Shown here in pieces: positions 58,176 through 64,000 of a DNA stretch of 64,000 nucleotides (position 1 is the first letter of the stretch; the number at the start of each line of letters is the position of its first letter). The notes under the pieces are model-generated. The model was given only the letters and a program-made list of their open reading frames with translations, did not search any database and had not been told where the DNA came from. Origin of the DNA: Leptolyngbyaceae cyanobacterium (lineage in GTDB: Bacteria > Cyanobacteriota > Cyanobacteriia > Phormidesmidales > Phormidesmidaceae); assembly GCA_965263355.1 (NCBI GenBank), contig CBDHHL010000056.1, positions 1,824,001 to 1,888,000 of the forward strand, in the 5' to 3' direction. A program made the translations under genes and the position numbers.

Positions 58176-59810
58176 TTAGTTTTTTTGGGCTAACAGTGGA
58201 GCTGCTGATAGTAGAGTTTTTGTGTAAACGTGCTGGGGTGACATAAACAGTTGCTCTGTTGGCTTGAGTTCAACGATTTTGCCGCTGTGCATAACGGCGA
58301 TGCGATCGCATAAATAACGAGCCACCCACAAATCATGGGTAATAAATAAATAGGTCAAATCCAACTCATCCTTGAGTTCTAGCATCAGCTCTAATACCTG
58401 AGCCTGAACACTAGCATCCAACATGCTGACTGGTTCATCACAGATCACCAGCTTGGGCTTAGTAATCAAAGCTCGAGCAATGGCCACCCGCTGTTGCTGC
58501 CCGCCGGATAAATCGCCCGGATAGCGGTTGTAATAATCCTCGGTTGGAGTTAGCCCCACCCGCTTTAACATGTCATGCACCTGCTGTTTGGCTGCCGAAG
58601 CACTGGCCAAACCATGAATAATCAACGGATCGGCAATGCCTCGACCGACGGTCATCATGGGATTTAGACAGGCATGGGGGTCTTGAAAAATCATTTGGAA
58701 ATTACGTCTTTGGGCCTGAAGTTTTGCCCGTGACATTCCCACCAGATTTTGGCCCATAAACTCTATACGGCCTGATGTAGGTGGAATAATCTGCATAATG
58801 GCACGGGACAAGGTACTTTTACCGCAGCCTGATTCTCCCACTAGTCCCAATACTTCACCGGGATGTAAATCTACTGAAATGCCATCTACGGCCTTAATGA
58901 TTTCCGGTGGCGTTCGGTTAAACGCCTTTGAGAGCAGAGTTGGCTCAATGGTGTAATGCTTTACCAAACCTTGAACCCTTAGCAGAGGGGCTGATGTAGT
59001 TTCCTCTAGGGCAACAACATCAGCTTCATAATTTTGTAATTGATGAGCGGCCTGTAATAGGGATTTGGTGTAATCTGCTTGGGGCTGATAGAGCACTTGT
59101 TCAGTCAGGCCTAGCTCCACAAGTTTGCCCTGGAACATGACAGCAATGCGATCGCAATATTCTCCCACCAAGGCCAGGTCATGGGAAATCAAAATCATGG
59201 CCATGCCGCGCTCACGACAAAGCTGAGTCAGCAAGTCTAAAATTTGGGCGGAGACGGTCACATCCAAGCTGGTGGTTGGTTCGTCTGCCACAATCAGCTT
59301 GGGGTTGAGCAGTAAGGCTAAGGCAATGGCTACCCGCTGACGCATACCCCCACTAAACTCATGGGGATACTGTTCCCAGCGGTTGGCAGGGATATTGACC
59401 GATGCGAGAGTGGCGATCGCAATGTCCTTAGCACCCTGTTTAGATAAATCAGAACGATGGGCCTGCAGAGTTTCCACACAGTGCTCCCCAATGGTCATCA
59501 GTGGATCCAGGCGAGTCATCGGGTCCTGAAATACCAACGAAACGGCTTCACCTCTAAACCGCCGAATATCCTCACTTGAAAACCCAAACACATCTCGCCC
59601 TTCAAACAGGGATGTTCCCTGAGTCTGGCTTCCCCCAGGTAGCAATCGCAATGCCGCTCGGCCCAGCGTAGATTTGCCACAGCCCGACTCTCCCACCAAC
59701 CCCAGCATCTCACCCGGTTGTAAAGTCAAAGACACGTTATCCACAGCCCAACTTTGCTGACGTGGATAAGCAACACAAAAACTATTCAGTTGCAACAACG
59801 GGGACGTCAT
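58176..59810 (-). CDS. Dipeptide/oligopeptide ABC transporter ATP-binding protein (two fused ATPase domains)
   Basis: Two GESGCGKST P-loops; FSGGMRQR and LSGGQQQR. Confidence 0.93.
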   Translation of the reverse strand: MTSPLLQLNSFCVAYPRQQSWAVDNVSLTLQPGEMLGLVGESGCGKSTLGRAALRLLPGGSQTQGTSLFEGRDVFGFSSEDIRRFRGEAVSLVFQDPMTRLDPLMTIGEHCVETLQAHRSDLSKQGAKDIAIATLASVNIPANRWEQYPHEFSGGMRQRVAIALALLLNPKLIVADEPTTSLDVTVSAQILDLLTQLCRERGMAMILISHDLALVGEYCDRIAVMFQGKLVELGLTEQVLYQPQADYTKSLLQAAHQLQNYEADVVALEETTSAPLLRVQGLVKHYTIEPTLLSKAFNRTPPEIIKAVDGISVDLHPGEVLGLVGESGCGKSTLSRAIMQIIPPTSGRIEFMGQNLVGMSRAKLQAQRRNFQMIFQDPHACLNPMMTVGRGIADPLIIHGLASASAAKQQVHDMLKRVGLTPTEDYYNRYPGDLSGGQQQRVAIARALITKPKLVICDEPVSMLDASVQAQVLELMLELKDELDLTYLFITHDLWVARYLCDRIAVMHSGKIVELKPTEQLFMSPQHVYTKTLLSAAPLLAQKN

Positions 59811-59866
59811 AGAGTGCAGTAATTACCCTTCCACAATTAAACGTGCAGATGCTCACATTGTGAGGA

Positions 59867-60436
59867 TTATTTGTCAAACCGCCTCATTAAATAGGCCACC
59901 CCAAAATCTCCATTGGGATGCTCTTCGAGCAACCTGGCCAACTCAAATAATTTTTCAGAAATCTCGGGTCCTAACTTGTCTGTAGTTGCCAATCGCTCAC
60001 GAAACTCAGTCTCCGCAATCCGCACATGGCTTTGCCAAGCATCTGTAAATAGCACAGGGATATAAGCACTCAACCCCAATTGATTAAGGACTTCCCATTC
60101 ACCATCATCACACCAAATACCCTTACAGCCAGGACAACGCTCCACAAAGAATGCAGCTTGCCTCAAGTTAATTTTGCCACGGACTAGGTACAACCCACAG
60201 CTTGGGCATAGCCCAGCCCGATTATCGTAGCGAGAAGGCTGATAGACAATGTCATGGTTAATAGGTACCGTTACGCCATCAACTCTGAGAGCTGGGTCTA
60301 CTTGGGTAGCCTGCCATGCCTGATAATTTTCAGACGGAATCCAAGCACCACTGCACGTTGGACAACTATAGGCACTAAGTCCATCAACTAACCGGCTTAC
60401 TAGAAGTGAGTCCTGAGGATGTTTTGGACAGAACAT
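59867..60436 (-). CDS. zf-TFIIB domain protein
   Basis: CPKH, CPTCSGAW, CPSC and CPGCKGIWCDDGEW. Confidence 0.85.
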   Translation of the reverse strand: MFCPKHPQDSLLVSRLVDGLSAYSCPTCSGAWIPSENYQAWQATQVDPALRVDGVTVPINHDIVYQPSRYDNRAGLCPSCGLYLVRGKINLRQAAFFVERCPGCKGIWCDDGEWEVLNQLGLSAYIPVLFTDAWQSHVRIAETEFRERLATTDKLGPEISEKLFELARLLEEHPNGDFGVAYLMRRFDK

Positions 60437-60612
60437 CGCCCTCCATAAATAAGGTGCACAAATGCTAGATGAGCATATCTACTACATTCCCATGCAGCAC
60501 TGTAGTTTTTAGTCCGAGAAAACTCAAGTTTTAACCAATTTCTGTCTAATTGTGGCATCGGCCTATATGTACTATGGCCCATACCATTCCAAGGCTTTAC
60601 CATTGAAAATTA

Positions 60613-60957
60613 TTACTCACAAAGGTTAATTAAAACCTGAGTAAACCCCTGGAGCTGTTGCAATCGTTGCTCCAAATGTTCTAGACGTTGTTGATAAGTC
60701 TGACTATGGCGAGCTGATTGAAAAAAGCTAACCTCAATGGCTAAGAGCCTCATATGGCGATGCATTTCTGTGATGGCTGACTGCCATTGAGACTGGGATG
60801 ATTCTGTTTGCGCCACCTGAGGCCATAAAGTCTGATCAAAAAAACGCTGCAAAATCTGCACTTCTTTAATCATTTCTCTCTGACCGATAACGGTCTGGCA
60901 TTGCGCTAACTGCTCCCTATAGTTATAAAGGGCATCACCAACGGCGGCAAATGTCAT
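60613..60957 (-). CDS. patD: PatD family protein
   Basis: QSAITEMHRHMRLLAIEVSFFQSAR motif; divergent from relA/spoT, as known in other cyanobacteria. Confidence 0.8.
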   Translation of the reverse strand: MTFAAVGDALYNYREQLAQCQTVIGQREMIKEVQILQRFFDQTLWPQVAQTESSQSQWQSAITEMHRHMRLLAIEVSFFQSARHSQTYQQRLEHLEQRLQQLQGFTQVLINLCE

Positions 60958-61190
60958 GATTTAATAATAAAATAAGATTTTTATAAACCTAATCAAACTG
61001 ATTTTTTTATATCTGTAGCTTTTATATAAGTACCTTACTGTTCTGCAATAAGACGCGTAATCTAGAAAAAGAGAAGCAGACGACGCAGTTGTTAGTCTAA
61101 GTAGCCTAATCAGTTGATATACCCTCGCCTAAATCATTCTGTTAAGTCATTCATAGTAATCATTGGCAGACTCAGCATCAGACTGTAGTT

Positions 61191-61204
61191 GTAAGGTTTT
61201 ATAC
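61191..61204. promoter_or_regulatory. Putative NtcA box
   Basis: GTA-AGGTTTTA-TAC (GTA-N8-TAC) between patD and relA/spoT. Confidence 0.4.
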
Positions 61205-61455
61205 TCTTAATCTATCCTACGAATAGAGGTCAATCTTCTTGGGCAAGATACATTTTGAAGGTTTGATGTATTTTGTCACAGGAATAATTTCTGAACGTAG
61301 GGCAAATGATTGCGGCTCTTGCTTAAGGCTAGGCACCAGCAATCTGCAGTTAATACATACTCTGGTAATGGAGCATAACGTACTGAACTTGGCAGTATTT
61401 AAGCCGCCCAGAGTCATCTTTGGTCTTTCCAGTTTTATCCTCCCCTCGATCTACC

Positions 61456-63747
61456 ATGACCTCAGTAGCCCCTGTTCTTCCCAACGACTGTACTTTACCT
61501 ACCTGGCTCAGGTCTTGCATTCTGGAGCACAGTCAACCCGATGATGGAGATGGGGGCAATCATGTCTCACTGGAACTCCCCAAAGATAACAATCAACTGG
61601 TATGTCGGGCCTTTGAGTTTGCCTATCAACTTCACAAGGGGCAAATGCGCGCCTCCGGTGAGCCATACATTGCCCATCCAGTTGCTGTCGCTAATATTCT
61701 GCGCAGTTTAGGTGGAGACAGCGCCATGATTGCAGCTGGTTTTTTACATGATGTTGTCGAAGACACCGATGTTTCTGCCGACGAAATTGAAGCTCATTTT
61801 GGCGCAGAAGTCCGTCAAATGGTTGAGGGGGTGACGAAGCTCTCAAAGTTTCAGTTTAATAGCAAGACGGAACGTCAGGCTGAAAACTTTCGCCGCATGT
61901 TTTTAGCCATGGCCCAAGATATTCGGGTGATCGTGGTCAAACTAGCTGATCGTCTTCACAACATGCGGACATTACAGCATTTGCCCCCGGAAAAGCAGGT
62001 ACAGAAAGCTCGCGAAACCATCGAAATTTTTGCACCACTCGCTAATCGACTAGGCATTGGCCGTATCAAGTGGGAGCTGGAAGACCTGTCATTTAAGTAT
62101 CTAGAAGAAGCGGCCTATCAGGAAATTAAGGATCTCATTTCTGAGAAACGCACAGACCGCGAAGCGCGCCTTCAACACGTTGCTGAATTATTAGAAACCC
62201 ATTTGACTGACGAGGGGATTGGCTGTGTAGAAATTAGCAGTCGCCCGAAACATCTTTACAGTATTTACCGTAAGATGCAGCGTCAGAAAAAGAATTTTCA
62301 TCAGATTTATGACATAGCGGCGGTTCGCATCATTGTCAATACAAAGGTGGAATGTTACCGAGCCCTAGCGGTCGTCCATGATCGGTTTAAACCTATTCCT
62401 GGACGCTTCAAAGACTACATTGGTTTGCCTAAGGCTAACCGTTATCAGTCATTGCACACTGCTGTTATTGGTAAGCAGGGCCGCCCGATCGAAGTGCAGA
62501 TCCGTACGATGGAAATGCATCGTGTTGCAGAGTATGGCATCGCAGCCCACTGGAAATATAAGGAAACCGGCAATAGCAACACCAAGGTAAATGCAGAAGA
62601 TGAAAAATTTACCTGGCTTAGGCAATTACTGGAATGGCAAAGCGATCTCAAAGATGCCCAAGAGTACCTCAGTGATGTTAAAGACAATTTGTTTGACGAG
62701 GAAGTTTATGTATTTAGCCCTCAGGGTGACGTATTTGCTCTTAGCCAAGGAGCAACGCCTGTAGACTTTGCCTATCGCGTCCACACCGAAGTTGGCCATC
62801 ATTGCGCCGGGGCTAAGGTCAATGAACGCATCGTCACCCTTGATACCCAGCTTAAGAACGGTGACATTGTTGAGATTTTGACTAATAAGAATAGTCACCC
62901 CAGTCTTGATTGGCTCAACTTTGTCGTTTCTGCGGGTGCTCGCAGTCGTATTCGTCACTGGTATAAACAATCTCACCATGATGAAAATATGGCCCGTGGT
63001 CACACCATGTTGGAAAAGGTGATGGGACGTGATGGTCTAGATTCGTTGCTGAAGTCTGCCCCAGCCCAAGCAGCGGCTCAGCGTAGCAACTATCCCTGTG
63101 TTGAGGATATGTTGGCAGCTCTGGGATATGGCGAAATCACCTTGAATGCTGTTGTCAACCGTTTACAGGAAGCAACAAAAGAGCTACAGCCAGTAGAGGA
63201 AGTCAACGATGAACTATTGGTAGAGCAAATTAATAATGAAGGTGCTGTTAGAACTCGCTGGGGCGGAGATACTAGTGGTACAGCGTCTGGAAGTTCCATC
63301 ATGGGTGTGGAGGGGCTATTGCATCATATTGCTGGTTGCTGTAATCCATTGCCTGGAGAACCGATTATCGGAGCTGTTTCTATGGGAGCTCGGGGAATTG
63401 CGATTCATCGTCAAGGCTGTCCAAATGTGGCGTCTGTTCCTGGAGACCGTCTGATCCCAGTGTGTTGGAATTCAACACAAGCGGCAACCGGTAGACCTCA
63501 AACCTATCCGGTCATGCTCAAGTTGGAGGTAATTGATCGGGTCGGTGTCCTCAAGGATATTTTGAGTCACTTATCAGATCTGAAGATCAACGTTTATAGA
63601 GCAACGGTAACTACATTTCCTGATCAGATTGCTGAAATAGACCTAGGCATTGATGTAAAAGATCATTTCCATTTTGATCGGACAGTCAAAAAGTTACGCA
63701 ATATGACCGATGTGTTGAAGCTAAAGCGGCTGAGTCAGATGGATTAG
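61456..63747 (+). CDS. relA: Bifunctional (p)ppGpp synthetase/hydrolase (RelA/SpoT)
   Basis: HD motif LHDVVED; synthetase RFKDYI..YQSLHT..EVQIRT; TGS and ACT domains. Confidence 0.96.
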   Translation: MTSVAPVLPNDCTLPTWLRSCILEHSQPDDGDGGNHVSLELPKDNNQLVCRAFEFAYQLHKGQMRASGEPYIAHPVAVANILRSLGGDSAMIAAGFLHDVVEDTDVSADEIEAHFGAEVRQMVEGVTKLSKFQFNSKTERQAENFRRMFLAMAQDIRVIVVKLADRLHNMRTLQHLPPEKQVQKARETIEIFAPLANRLGIGRIKWELEDLSFKYLEEAAYQEIKDLISEKRTDREARLQHVAELLETHLTDEGIGCVEISSRPKHLYSIYRKMQRQKKNFHQIYDIAAVRIIVNTKVECYRALAVVHDRFKPIPGRFKDYIGLPKANRYQSLHTAVIGKQGRPIEVQIRTMEMHRVAEYGIAAHWKYKETGNSNTKVNAEDEKFTWLRQLLEWQSDLKDAQEYLSDVKDNLFDEEVYVFSPQGDVFALSQGATPVDFAYRVHTEVGHHCAGAKVNERIVTLDTQLKNGDIVEILTNKNSHPSLDWLNFVVSAGARSRIRHWYKQSHHDENMARGHTMLEKVMGRDGLDSLLKSAPAQAAAQRSNYPCVEDMLAALGYGEITLNAVVNRLQEATKELQPVEEVNDELLVEQINNEGAVRTRWGGDTSGTASGSSIMGVEGLLHHIAGCCNPLPGEPIIGAVSMGARGIAIHRQGCPNVASVPGDRLIPVCWNSTQAATGRPQTYPVMLKLEVIDRVGVLKDILSHLSDLKINVYRATVTTFPDQIAEIDLGIDVKDHFHFDRTVKKLRNMTDVLKLKRLSQMD

Positions 63748-63759
63748 CAGGTGAAATCC

Positions 63760-63795
63760 CTGTATAGGGGCGCTGCATGCAGCGCCCCTATACAG
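63760..63795. repeat. Perfect 36-bp palindrome between convergent genes
   Basis: CTGTATAGGGGCGCTGCA|TGCAGCGCCCCTATACAG. Confidence 0.9.
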
Positions 63796-64000
63796 ACGAT
63801 TGGTGTAAGATTAGACGATTTCCAGCTGGATCGTAGGCATAGATTTCCTGACCATGGCTGGCGTAAATGACATTACCGGGTGGTGGATGGCCTAAATCCG
63901 TTAAGGTCGCGATCGCGCCCGTCAAATTCTCTACTTCTAAACACACACTCATGCTCCCCGCTGGTCCAGAAAATTCCTGGTCGTCACTGGGCTTAAACAA
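63788..64000 (-). CDS. VOC/glyoxalase family protein (5' end outside the window)
   Basis: MSVCLEVENL..ASHGQEIYAYDPAGNRLILHQ. Confidence 0.85.
   Translation of the reverse strand: MFKPSDDQEFSGPAGSMSVCLEVENLTGAIATLTDLGHPPPGNVIYASHGQEIYAYDPAGNRLILHQSSV

Noticed and set aside
540..63454. Numerous short ORFs nested in or antisense to confident genes
   Set aside because: Shadow frames without motifs
1..64000. HIP1 GCGATCGC abundance; tRNA, rRNA, CRISPR and prophage search
   Set aside because: HIP1 is a known cyanobacterial feature and is spread through the window; none of the other elements was recognisable by eye

Overview
Chromosomal window from a cyanobacterium. Evidence: about 20 HIP1 octamers (GCGATCGC) and the genes cp12, petJ, petE, patD, labA, ycf51 and a PatA-type regulator. 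A filamentous Leptolyngbya-like lineage is my inference. Most of the window is core genes: prfC, iscS, purB, tatA, pyrC', two lepB, ndbB, aroF, recN, ftsH and relA/spoT. No rRNA, tRNA, CRISPR array or intact transposase was seen. The best candidate for an undescribed system is a three-gene trans-envelope signalling module at 34.5-40.3 kb. It comprises a CHASE2 membrane Ser/Thr kinase that keeps an adenylate-cyclase-type linker, a secreted FecR-domain protein with a long Pro/Thr/Val stalk, and an outer-membrane beta-barrel. Other notable items: a GH13 alpha-amylase lipoprotein with Lys in place of its third catalytic Asp; two candidate convergent structured RNAs sharing a terminator at 54.7-54.9 kb; gene remnants missing from the ORF track (NACHT C-terminus, Uma2, ParE); an unannotated 52-aa ORF; MocR and PetR operator candidates; and a local G+T strand skew around dispersed repeats. 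All calls come from reading the sequence and recalled family motifs; no database searches were run.
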